Below the pieces are notes generated by a model that ran no database searches, was not told the DNA's origin, and saw only the letters and a program-made list of their open reading frames with translations. Made by a program: the position numbers and the translations under genes. A DNA stretch of 64,000 nt from Nitrospirota bacterium (lineage in GTDB: Bacteria > Nitrospirota > Thermodesulfovibrionia > Thermodesulfovibrionales > Dissulfurispiraceae), in NCBI GenBank assembly GCA_963710375.1, contig CAVPZX010000004.1, positions 1 to 64,000 of the forward strand, in the 5' to 3' direction. Below are positions 51,062 to 59,555 of this stretch, piece after piece. The first letter of the stretch is position 1. Each line of letters starts with the position of its first letter.

Positions 51062-51448
51062 TTAAAGGTGTTTCTGGATTGTGTTGAGTATTGCCGATGA
51101 TTTACCCTCATCACCCATAATGCCCACACGGACCGTCACTTTGGAATCGGTGTTCGAGAGTGCGCTTATGTCTATCCAGACGTCCTGTCCGCTTACGACT
51201 TTTGATTTAATTTTTGCGCTGGTATTATCGTGAGTATCTTCAAAGAGCGGCATATTGAGCTCCCTGAGGGCAGCAAGGGTAGCATTGTGTACCTTGTGAA
51301 CGGGCTTATTGAATGTCTCGTCCATTTGCCCTTTAACGTATACGGCAGCTCCGCCGCCTATGGCTCCACCCGCCACAAATGCAACGCAACCTGCACCGTA
51401 TATGGCGAACAGCACTGCCAAAACAAATGTGAAATGACGCAACCTCAT
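51062..51448 (-). CDS. DUF3568-like lipoprotein
   Basis: Lipobox-like AGC, Gly/Ala stretch, VRVG..GDE.KS. Confidence 0.75.
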   Translation of the reverse strand: MRLRHFTFVLAVLFAIYGAGCVAFVAGGAIGGGAAVYVKGQMDETFNKPVHKVHNATLAALRELNMPLFEDTHDNTSAKIKSKVVSGQDVWIDISALSNTDSKVTVRVGIMGDEGKSSAILNTIQKHL

Positions 51449-51591
51449 AACAGCACCTCCTATTAATTAGGGCGTACATATACACCCTTGTCGCTTTACA
51501 ATAGATAGTACCTGAATCCAGGAATTTGTCAATATTGGGGGCACTTGGACGAAGGTCCCCGTTCCTGCCTACTCAGGGAGGCTATTTGAAC

Positions 51592-52303
51592 CTATTTGAC
51601 TTCTATCTTGACAATGATATCTTCTGTCGAGGCCACGGGTTTGCCGTTCTTTATCGCTGGAATAAACCGCCACTTCCCTAGGCTGTCCAGCAGAATCCTG
51701 TTAAGACGTGGATTCGGAGTCGGCTTAGCGAGTCTCCACCGTTGCACTGCCATCTACGGCAATATGGAAGCGCGCCAGCGCAGCGGAATTGAATGCTCCC
51801 TCCCGCAGGTCATCCGGAATTTGAGGCATTGGGCGGACAATTGCCCGGGCTCCGCTGCTCGCGTATATATTACCCCGGGTCGAGCCCTTTACGTTATATG
51901 ACCCGGCCTGGGCGCTGCTGTTCGTTGAGATGTTCCCTGTAGCAGTGGCCTGGGCGCCGGCGGGAGCGGCGGCAGCAGGTAACGCCACAGCCGGGCTAGT
52001 TGTCACGGCAGCCGGCGGGCTAACCTGATGTGTCACAGGAGCCTGCTGTGGCTTTACCGGGGGCAGCGGTTTGGGCTTATGCGCGGCAGGCCGTTCATGT
52101 GTCGCAGCCGGAACAGACTGCTCAATCACCTGGGCATCGATGGGAAGCAGCTCTGCCGGCCGATAGGCGGACTTTTCCATAAAATACGCGAACCCCAATA
52201 ATGCGACTGCCCAAATCAGCAGGGCTGCCGGCAGCGTCCAGGGCAGGCGACGCCAGGGGTTGTCAATCTCAGCAGTCTGAGGCAATGGAAAGCCTTTATT
52301 CAT
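51592..52303 (-). CDS. tonB: TonB energy transducer, +1 frameshift near 51733-51737
   Basis: TM helix and Pro/Ala linker; the shifted frame gives LAKPTPNPRLNRILLDSLGKWRFIPAIKNGKPV...EVK-stop. Confidence 0.82.
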
Positions 52304-52700
52304 TGTACTTCACAGCAATCAGAAAATGTTCTGCACCTGCATTACGTGCCTGGAGCATTGCCTGCACCACCACTCCCTCCGGCGCAGCGCTATCCGCCGC
52401 AACAATGATCTGCCCATTCAGACCCTTCAGCATGGGTTTTAGTGTTCCTGCCAGGTTGTCGAGAGTCACAGGGGTGCTGTCTATCAGGATTGCGCTTCCC
52501 TTCGTGATGGTAAGAGTGATCGGAGTTTTTGCCTGCATTGGCGCCGCTTTGCCCTGAGGCAGGTTGACCGGTAACGAATGGAGGTTCTGTAAAGAAAGCG
52601 AAGCTAGAATGAACGTTGCCAGCAGAAAGAACATCACGTCGATCATAGGGATAATTTCGATCCGCCCCTTCCGGTGCTGCCTGGACCTGCGCAGTTTCAT
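52296..52700 (-). CDS. exbD: Biopolymer transporter ExbD
   Basis: IIPMIDVMFFLL, VNLP and AAD. Confidence 0.92.
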   Translation of the reverse strand: MKLRRSRQHRKGRIEIIPMIDVMFFLLATFILASLSLQNLHSLPVNLPQGKAAPMQAKTPITLTITKGSAILIDSTPVTLDNLAGTLKPMLKGLNGQIIVAADSAAPEGVVVQAMLQARNAGAEHFLIAVKYNE

Positions 52701-53341
52701 AGAGCGCTCCCGTTCTTTTCCTGGTCCATGCGGATATGATCGACAAGACGTGTGCCCAAACGCTCCATCTCATCCATGGTCCTGGATTGCAGATGCGCGA
52801 AGAAGTTGAACGAGAATAGGGCGATGATGGCGATGATAAGGCCAAGGGTCGTGGCGATCAGCGCCTGGGCCACGCCGCCTGTGATACCTGTAGGATTAAC
52901 CAGCCCGCTGCCTCCGATCAACTTGAATGACTCCATCATGCCGACAATGGTCCCTACAAGTCCAAGCAGCGGCGCAGCTGTAACAATTGTCTCCAATACC
53001 CACAGACCTCTGTTTAAGGCCTTCTCTATCAGCTGCGCCTCGTCGGCAGCGCGGGATTCAACCCACCATGCGGGATTGCTGCGGTTGTCGTAAATCACCT
53101 GGAAGAAGCGGCCGAAATAGTTGCCGGGGACAAGCGAGGCTGTCTGTTGCTTCAGGTCAGCCCAGGCAAACTCATAGGTCTCCACCAAGGTCAACAGGGA
53201 GGCAGGCAGCGCAACATAACGCCGGTATAAGTATGCCTTATCAAGAATAATTGCCAGGGCTATCACCCCTAAAGCCAACAGCGGGTAGATCATCGCTCCG
53301 CCGAATCTCAACTCTTCCAAAGCTATGTGTATCTCTTGCAT
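52697..53341 (-). CDS. exbB: MotA/TolQ/ExbB proton channel
   Basis: APLLGLVGTIVGM and GVAQALIAT..GL. Confidence 0.92.
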   Translation of the reverse strand: MQEIHIALEELRFGGAMIYPLLALGVIALAIILDKAYLYRRYVALPASLLTLVETYEFAWADLKQQTASLVPGNYFGRFFQVIYDNRSNPAWWVESRAADEAQLIEKALNRGLWVLETIVTAAPLLGLVGTIVGMMESFKLIGGSGLVNPTGITGGVAQALIATTLGLIIAIIALFSFNFFAHLQSRTMDEMERLGTRLVDHIRMDQEKNGSAL

Positions 53342-53407
53342 TCTGAACCTCTCTATCTGATAGATTGTTGTGGAGGGGAACAAGTTCCCCTCCGCCAAAA
53401 TAATTTG

Positions 53408-55753
53408 CTAAAATAATTTGCTGATGCCGCCAAAGAACCCAATCCGCGGCCCGAACTGGGGTGCAAATACACCGATTCCGGTCCCGCTCCTGATTTCATT
53501 GACCTTGTCCAAAACGTTGATGATGCTCAGACGCGCCTCCATAGGGCCCAGGCACCCCAATGTAAACTTACGCATCGCCCCGAGATTGACCTGGAAGTTG
53601 CTTGGCACGTGCTCCGTATTGGCGAATCCGCTCCGCAAGCCGCTTCCGAAAGTGGCATCAGTGCTGAGCAGCGTTCCCAACCAGAGATAGGATATGCCTG
53701 CTGAAGCGGTATAGGTCTGGTCATGATCCGTATGTATCCAGTGGTTGGCTATGTAGTCCAGCTCATCCTGCCCAAAGTTAAACTGTGCCGACGCGACCTC
53801 TTTGGCCAGACTGCGCGTATAGGCAAAATTGGCATATGAGGTAAAATTGCCGAAGCGGTAGTTGCCGGTCAGTTCCACACCATAAATTTTCCCTTTTGTA
53901 TAATTAAAAGGGGTAAAGATCAGGGCCTGACCGAATTGGCCTTCGTCGATCAGATCTTTGATTATCTTGTAGTAGCCATCGACGCCGATGTTCAGCCCGG
54001 AAGTGATCTTCTGGGTCACCCCGGCATCGAAATAATGGGACCGTTCCGGCAAAACGGGTGAATTTAAATTGGTCGGGGACGCATTGGAGGTGTTCGAGAA
54101 CAGGTCCAATGTTTTTTGCGGGACCAACTCGGTTGGAGGCGGTGTGAAGTATCGGGAATAGGCGGCGTGGAGCGTGGTATCCGGTGTCGCCTTGTAAACC
54201 AGGCCCAGACGGGGACTCAGCTGGTCGGCCGTCACAAAAGCGTCCACCCGGTCATACCGGAGCCCATAGTTCACCGTCAATTTATCAAGCGGCTTCCACT
54301 CGTCCTGGAGATATAATGACAAGAGGGTGTTGCCGTTCTTTGGGTTGTCGTCCGTGATTGTGAAAGGCGCACCGAAAACGTCTCCGCTGGCGTCCACAGG
54401 GAAAACCGTGGAGGTGTTGTTGCTTTTGATATCTTCGTAGTTAAAGAAGTAGCCCATTCGGACCGTGTGAGCGTCGTTTAGTCGGTAACTTCCGTCACCC
54501 TGTAATCCGTTGCTGAAACTGCTGCGGAAAACATTTGATGCGACCCCGTTGAAAACAAGGTCGCCGATGGGGTCAGGCGTAAAATGTACGCTCGTGTAAT
54601 GGCTGACAAAGGATAATTGGTAATCGAAGTCAGACCCGATGGAGCTTTGCAAGGCTACGACCCCATATCGATTGTTCTCGTACTGCCGCTCATTCAGTGT
54701 GGCTGAGTCGAAGGAGGTAACACCCGCACCGGCCGGGAAGGTTGGATTGAGGGGCGGTTGACCCGGATTATTGGGGATTTGAAACTTGCCATCGTAGCTG
54801 CCTAACATCAGGCTTAACCGGGTCGTGGGATTAATAAGGTATGAAAAATACCCAAAGCCCTTTTCCTGGTCCGTGTGGTCATGGATCGCATTGGAACTGG
54901 AAGTGGGATTTTCGATACCCAGATTGTCCCCCATATAGGAACCGGTCAGATAGTAGGTAAAATTCCCCTTCGAACTTCCGAACTCGAAGCTCGGCTGCAC
55001 GGTGCTGCGGCTTCCCCCGTAGAGATCTACGCGTCCTCCTGTCTCATAGTTGGCCTTGGTATCTATTTCGATCACTCCTGCTGTACGAAGGCCGTATTGG
55101 GCCGGCAGGGCGCCCTCCAGAAGGTTGACCCTATCGACAAACCGGGTGTCCAGAGATTGGCCGAATCCGCTTATCCCTTCGGGCAGGATAACACCGTTAA
55201 TGCGGTACTGAATGTTAGCGTGGTCACCCCGCACATGCAGCTGGCCGAACGAGTCATTGGCAACGCCGGGCGCCTGGAGCAATACCTGGTTAAAGGACGT
55301 GTTGTCCCCCTGAGGTAAGGCGGCAATTGCATTCTTGTCGAGTGTGTATTCGCTGCCTCCTGTCTTTGGTGACAGGCCGTTTCGGGCCTGGTTCAAGCGC
55401 TCTGCCTGGACTGACACCTCCAACGCTTCCTGGGCGGCCATTGTAAGCGTAGTAGCGGCTATTGTTCCGGCCTCTACCGTCACGATGGCGGTGCTTGCCT
55501 GGAAGCCGGGTTTTTCCGCCAGAACAGCATAGGTGCCCGGCTTTACACTCGAAAACACGAAGTGGCCGTCGGCATCACTCTTGGTCTGACCCATGATGGT
55601 TTCATCGGGAGCTTTCAATATCAGACTTGCCCCGGACAGGGGCCTTCCCAGAGCGTCCCTGAGAGTCCCCTGGAGTTCGTCTGTTTGAGCAAACGCACCT
55701 GCTGAAAAAGATAGTAATATAAATAGCGTGATAAGCGTTGTCATTATTTTCAT
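53408..55753 (-). CDS. TonB-dependent outer-membrane receptor with an N-terminal carboxypeptidase-regulatory-like domain
   Basis: Signal peptide; QAPGV, HVRG, PAQYG, NYGLRYD and PERS; C-terminal Phe. Confidence 0.92.
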   Translation of the reverse strand: MKIMTTLITLFILLSFSAGAFAQTDELQGTLRDALGRPLSGASLILKAPDETIMGQTKSDADGHFVFSSVKPGTYAVLAEKPGFQASTAIVTVEAGTIAATTLTMAAQEALEVSVQAERLNQARNGLSPKTGGSEYTLDKNAIAALPQGDNTSFNQVLLQAPGVANDSFGQLHVRGDHANIQYRINGVILPEGISGFGQSLDTRFVDRVNLLEGALPAQYGLRTAGVIEIDTKANYETGGRVDLYGGSRSTVQPSFEFGSSKGNFTYYLTGSYMGDNLGIENPTSSSNAIHDHTDQEKGFGYFSYLINPTTRLSLMLGSYDGKFQIPNNPGQPPLNPTFPAGAGVTSFDSATLNERQYENNRYGVVALQSSIGSDFDYQLSFVSHYTSVHFTPDPIGDLVFNGVASNVFRSSFSNGLQGDGSYRLNDAHTVRMGYFFNYEDIKSNNTSTVFPVDASGDVFGAPFTITDDNPKNGNTLLSLYLQDEWKPLDKLTVNYGLRYDRVDAFVTADQLSPRLGLVYKATPDTTLHAAYSRYFTPPPTELVPQKTLDLFSNTSNASPTNLNSPVLPERSHYFDAGVTQKITSGLNIGVDGYYKIIKDLIDEGQFGQALIFTPFNYTKGKIYGVELTGNYRFGNFTSYANFAYTRSLAKEVASAQFNFGQDELDYIANHWIHTDHDQTYTASAGISYLWLGTLLSTDATFGSGLRSGFANTEHVPSNFQVNLGAMRKFTLGCLGPMEARLSIINVLDKVNEIRSGTGIGVFAPQFGPRIGFFGGISKLF

Positions 55754-55785
55754 GCACTTCTCCTGTTGCGAAAATTTTTTCCATT

Positions 55786-55870
55786 AGAATCAGAGAAGGG
55801 GAGAAAGGGCGAATCGGAGCAACAGACTTTTCTCCGTTTCCCAGATTCACCGGTTCACCCTTTCGATTCT
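55786..55870. repeat. Hairpin of inverted octamer repeats (GAATCGGA/TTCTCCGA type)
   Basis: About 4 degenerate units per arm, lying between the leader ORF and the receptor gene. Confidence 0.65.
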
Positions 55871-55906
55871 TGCCTTATATCCCTCTGTGGTTAAGCATAT
55901 AGGGGT

Positions 55907-56182
55907 TCAGGCAGGAGGAGCGCGGCTGTCAAGCGCGGATCGGCGTATCGACGCTAATAAGAATTTCTTTTCAGATACGACCACGCCAAAAAAGATATAA
56001 AATACGGCGAAAGGAAAGTAATAGTGAATTACTGAACATACCTGATGTGCGGCTACGCAGATAGGACAATCGTCATGGTCGCAATCATCATCGTGATGAT
56101 GAAAGGCTATTATAAAAATACCGACCACCAGGAGAAACAACGCCAAACAAATAAAACTTTTAGTGCTTCTTTTGTTCAGCAT
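55907..56182 (-). CDS. DUF2946/CruR-like leader peptide (His-rich, CxxC, C-terminal RAPP)
   Basis: TM helix, HHHDDDCDHDDCPIC, ends SRAPPA; directly upstream of the TonB-dependent receptor. Confidence 0.8.
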   Translation of the reverse strand: MLNKRSTKSFICLALFLLVVGIFIIAFHHHDDDCDHDDCPICVAAHQVCSVIHYYFPFAVFYIFFGVVVSEKKFLLASIRRSALDSRAPPA

Positions 56183-56325
56183 CTATTTTCCTTAGAGACT
56201 ATTTTCATCATAAATTATTTAAGATTTACAAAATAAACGGAATAATGCAAATAGAAATCACTTCTATTTTAAATTATGCTTCTGCATTTGTAAAGAGACC
56301 CCTGCCGATCCAATATAAATTAATA

Positions 56326-56501
56326 GCAGTAGAAGGGGAGTACTTGTTTTTCGACGCGATGCACGGGTCTACTGTAACGGGGGCGAGTAACGCCGAGCCC
56401 TACCTGAGAATGGATTCGGGTATCGCTGCTATAGGAAGATTGGGAATTGCTGACTGAGGTAGTTTCAGCGCGTCGAAAAACAAGTACTCCCCTTCTACTG
56501 C
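56326..56501. repeat. 176-bp element bounded by perfect 33-bp inverted repeats
   Basis: gcagtagaaggggagtacttgtttttcgacgcg and its exact reverse complement. Confidence 0.8.
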
Positions 56502-56520
56502 CTTCCTTATTTTTTCCCCC

Positions 56521-56550
56521 TTGACAGTGAACGATTGTTCACTCTATAAT
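56521..56550 (+). promoter_or_regulatory. Consensus sigma70 promoter with an embedded LexA-type operator
   Basis: TTGACA-18 bp-TATAAT; the spacer holds AGTGAAC-GATT-GTTCACT. Confidence 0.85.
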
Positions 56551-56556
56551 TTCCTC

Positions 56557-57150
56557 ATGCCATCTATCTCTCAGAATGAAACCTTGAAGGCGAGAATCGC
56601 GGAAATTGCCCGTTTTCACCATGACAAGGGACGGATGCCCAGTTTTTCGGAATTGGGGAAACTGACAGGACTCAGATCGAAGAATGCCGTACATAAGCTT
56701 GTTACCAAGCTGGAGACAATAAAGGTCCTTTCCAGGGATGACAAGGGCCGTCTAATTCCCCGATCCCTTGCCTCTCCGGTGAAGGTCCTGGGCACGGTCG
56801 AGGCCGGGTTCCCAAGCCCTGCGGAAGAGGAGTTGCTGGATACCCTCTCTCTGGACCAGTACCTCATTGATAACCCCAATGCGACCTTTCTGCTGAAAAT
56901 ATCGGGTGATTCCATGTCGGAAGCCGGAATCCTGCCTGGAGACATGGTGCTGGTGGACCGGAGCCGTACGGCCCAAAGCGGGGATATCATCATAGCCGAA
57001 GTGGACGGCGCCTGGACTATGAAATACTTAAAGAAAAGGGGCCAGACCATTGCCCTGGTTCCCGCCAATTCCCGTTATAAGCCCATTGTTCCTAAGAACG
57101 AACTCAAGATAGCCGGAGTGGTGGTCGCCGTCGTCAGAAAATACCGGTAG
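56557..57150 (+). CDS. lexA: LexA-like repressor (wHTH + S24 autopeptidase)
   Basis: MPSFSEL...L.SK; AG cleavage site in VEAGFPSPA; GDSM (Ser) and TMK (Lys). Start moved to ATG 56557 because the track's TTG is the -35 box. Confidence 0.82.
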   Translation: MPSISQNETLKARIAEIARFHHDKGRMPSFSELGKLTGLRSKNAVHKLVTKLETIKVLSRDDKGRLIPRSLASPVKVLGTVEAGFPSPAEEELLDTLSLDQYLIDNPNATFLLKISGDSMSEAGILPGDMVLVDRSRTAQSGDIIIAEVDGAWTMKYLKKRGQTIALVPANSRYKPIVPKNELKIAGVVVAVVRKYR

Positions 57151-57152
57151 CC

Positions 57153-58466
57153 ATGGACTCTCAGCCCATTACCATCAGCTCCTGGCCCCGTGCCATCTTG
57201 CATATCGATGCTGATGCCTTTTTCGCATCATGCGAGCAGGCGGTCCACCCGGAACTGAGGGGGAAGCCCGTAATCACCGGCAAGGAGCGGGGGATTGTTG
57301 CTGCGGCGAGTTACGAGGCGAAGGCCCGTGGGGTGCAGAGGGGAATGAGGCTTTTTGAGGTAAAGAAGGTCTGCCCTGATGCGGTCATCCTTCCTTCAGA
57401 TTATGAGACGTACAGCCTGTTTTCCGTCCGGATGTTCGGCATCCTCCGCAGATTCTCACCTGACGTGGAGGAGTATTCAATCGATGAGGCCTTTGTGGAC
57501 CTTACCGGACTGCGCAGATCCTTCCACGGCCCCTACGGGATGATTGCTCAACAGATACAGGAGACCATGGGGAAGGAACTGGGATTTACCGTATCCATAG
57601 GAGTGAGTCTTTCAAAGGTTTTGGCGAAGATTGCATCCAAGTGGAAGAAACCGCACGGACTCACCCTGATCCCTGGCAGGGACATCCACCTTTATCTGCA
57701 GAAACTTCCCATCGAGAAAGTCTGGGGTATTGGCCCCAATACTTCGGCCTACCTGAGGAAGTTCGGGATTAATACTGCGCTGGATTACGCCTGTAAAGGC
57801 GAGGAGTTTATAAAAGAAAGGCTCTCCAAACCTTATCGGGAAATATGGCAGGAGTTGAACGGCCACAGTGTTTACCCTGTTGTAACCGAAACCAAGAGCA
57901 GCTATCAGTCAATCAGCAAGGCAAAAACTTTCACCCCTCCTTCACAGGACGAGGCGTTTGTCTTTGCACAGCTTTCGAAGAACCTTGAGGCTGCATGTAT
58001 CAAGGCTAGACGTTATAAGCTTGCGGCCGGTCGGTTAATCCTATTTCTCCGCACACAGGACTTCAGGAGTGAAGGTGTAGAGTTGAGTCTGGATCGTCCA
58101 AGTGCCTTCCCTTCGGACTTGTTTGGTCCCCTCAAGGAAGGATTCAAAACAATATTCCACAATAGGACTCTTTATCGTCAAACAGGGGTGGTGCTTGCGG
58201 GACTAAAGCCGGAAGGGGATGTCCAGTTTACTCTTTTTGATGATACCGCCCGGATAGAGAAAATGGCACGGATTTATTCGGCAGTTGACGACCTCTCAGC
58301 CAAGTACGGTAAATATGCTATACACCACGGGGCCAGCTTGCCTACGAAACTGCAGGCGAGGCATGAGGGGGAAAGGGGAGATACGCCGGAGAGGACGAAG
58401 GAGTTATTTAAAGGGGAAAACGGAAGGCAGAGGCTGGGATTGCCGGTATTAAGGATGAAGGTGTAA
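57153..58466 (+). CDS. dinB: Y-family DNA polymerase (Pol IV-like)
   Basis: HIDADAFFAS, AASYEAK..G, SIDEAF, LAKIAS..KP and VWGIG. Confidence 0.9.
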   Translation: MDSQPITISSWPRAILHIDADAFFASCEQAVHPELRGKPVITGKERGIVAAASYEAKARGVQRGMRLFEVKKVCPDAVILPSDYETYSLFSVRMFGILRRFSPDVEEYSIDEAFVDLTGLRRSFHGPYGMIAQQIQETMGKELGFTVSIGVSLSKVLAKIASKWKKPHGLTLIPGRDIHLYLQKLPIEKVWGIGPNTSAYLRKFGINTALDYACKGEEFIKERLSKPYREIWQELNGHSVYPVVTETKSSYQSISKAKTFTPPSQDEAFVFAQLSKNLEAACIKARRYKLAAGRLILFLRTQDFRSEGVELSLDRPSAFPSDLFGPLKEGFKTIFHNRTLYRQTGVVLAGLKPEGDVQFTLFDDTARIEKMARIYSAVDDLSAKYGKYAIHHGASLPTKLQARHEGERGDTPERTKELFKGENGRQRLGLPVLRMKV

Positions 58467-58480
58467 GGGGTCGAATATCC

Positions 58481-58924
58481 TTACCTTTCAAAAAAGCCCA
58501 GTATTTTAGACTTTTCAGTCTTTGTCAGGTCGGCCTTGATATTTTTATCGAGTTTGGCCTTAATGGAAGGTTCCAGAGTTTCGACGATCTGGTTGTTTAT
58601 CCTCTCCCCTGCGGCCAAATTCCATTTGGAGCAGCCTTCATTCAAGACCAGTGTGTTGATGTCATTAGCAATTCGTTTTATCACCTTCTTTTCGATCTCG
58701 AGCTCCAGGTGGTGGGGTTCTCCTGAGCCGGTCGCTATCCCAGCCTTTCCTTCACCCCTGTCAAAGCATCCTTCGGCATCGGTAAATTTGTCGGTGAATT
58801 TGCCGTGGGTATCAAGAATGTCGTAACACTCCAACAAATCCAGCCTGGCACTCTCATTCGGATTTTTTGAGACCTTGTATGCCTTGAAATGGCCTAAATC
58901 AACTACTACTATTAGCTTGTCCAT
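58481..58924 (-). CDS. Host-attachment (AtsE)-like protein
   Basis: IVVVDLGHFKAY and WNLAA...I...L...DLTK pattern; GAGGAGG RBS. Confidence 0.7.
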   Translation of the reverse strand: MDKLIVVVDLGHFKAYKVSKNPNESARLDLLECYDILDTHGKFTDKFTDAEGCFDRGEGKAGIATGSGEPHHLELEIEKKVIKRIANDINTLVLNEGCSKWNLAAGERINNQIVETLEPSIKAKLDKNIKADLTKTEKSKILGFFER

Positions 58925-59123
58925 AAAATCCCTCCTCAATAATATTTCTGGCAGGTCTCTCCTTGGGGCTCCCCATAAAATTATACCATTAAATTACCCA
59001 CTATCCACTACTGGTCGCATTTGCGGATGGACCGCAATAATGGTATAGTGGTAATATTGCTCGTCATTGGCGAATAACACTATTGCTGATAGCGGTCTCA
59101 CGCTGAAAATAGGGGGGATTATT

Positions 59124-59465
59124 ATGGTCAAGACAGTATTGCTGGCAGCGACTATTCTGGCTTTTGCGGTAACTGCCGCGCTTGCAGCGGGAAGTGAGTC
59201 ACAAGGGAAGGCTTTGTTTAATGACCCAAAGTTTGCAGGCGCAACATCCGGCGACAGCTGCGATTCATGCCATCCGGGAGGAGCAGGTTTGGGGCAGGCC
59301 GGCGACAAGAAAGAGTTTCATATTGCGGGCAAGGTTCAGAAAAGCCTTGAGGAGGCGGTAAATGCCTGCATCGTATATGCTCTTAACGGTAAAGCTATCG
59401 ACCCTGAATCAGAGGCCATGCAGGATATCGTAGCCTATATAAAATCGCTCAAGAGCAAAACTTAA
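59124..59465 (+). CDS. Periplasmic monoheme cytochrome c
   Basis: Signal peptide; GKALFND, CDSCH and AVNACI...M..IVAYI. Confidence 0.85.
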   Translation: MVKTVLLAATILAFAVTAALAAGSESQGKALFNDPKFAGATSGDSCDSCHPGGAGLGQAGDKKEFHIAGKVQKSLEEAVNACIVYALNGKAIDPESEAMQDIVAYIKSLKSKT

Positions 59466-59469
59466 CTGC

Positions 59470-59555
59470 AAAGGTAAAGGTATAGGCACAGGTATAGAAA
59501 ATGCTCGATTAAGCCTTTCTTAGTTTTTGCCGTTGCTTTATCTTTACCTTTACCT
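59470..59555. repeat. Hairpin of inverted hexamer repeats (AAAGGT/ACCTTT type)
   Basis: Lies between convergent genes and overlaps the stop of the downstream kinase gene. Confidence 0.65.

Noticed and set aside
55754..56520. Cobalamin or other riboswitch upstream of the TonB receptor
   Set aside because: No B12-box or other aptamer consensus could be recognised by eye; a covariance-model search would be needed to exclude one fully.
56521..56556. TTG start at 56521 for lexA
   Set aside because: That TTG is the -35 hexamer of a consensus promoter; ATG 56557 is preferred.
13515..59555. Short tandem repeats as CRISPR arrays
   Set aside because: Units are 6-8 nt with no unique spacers, and no cas genes are present.
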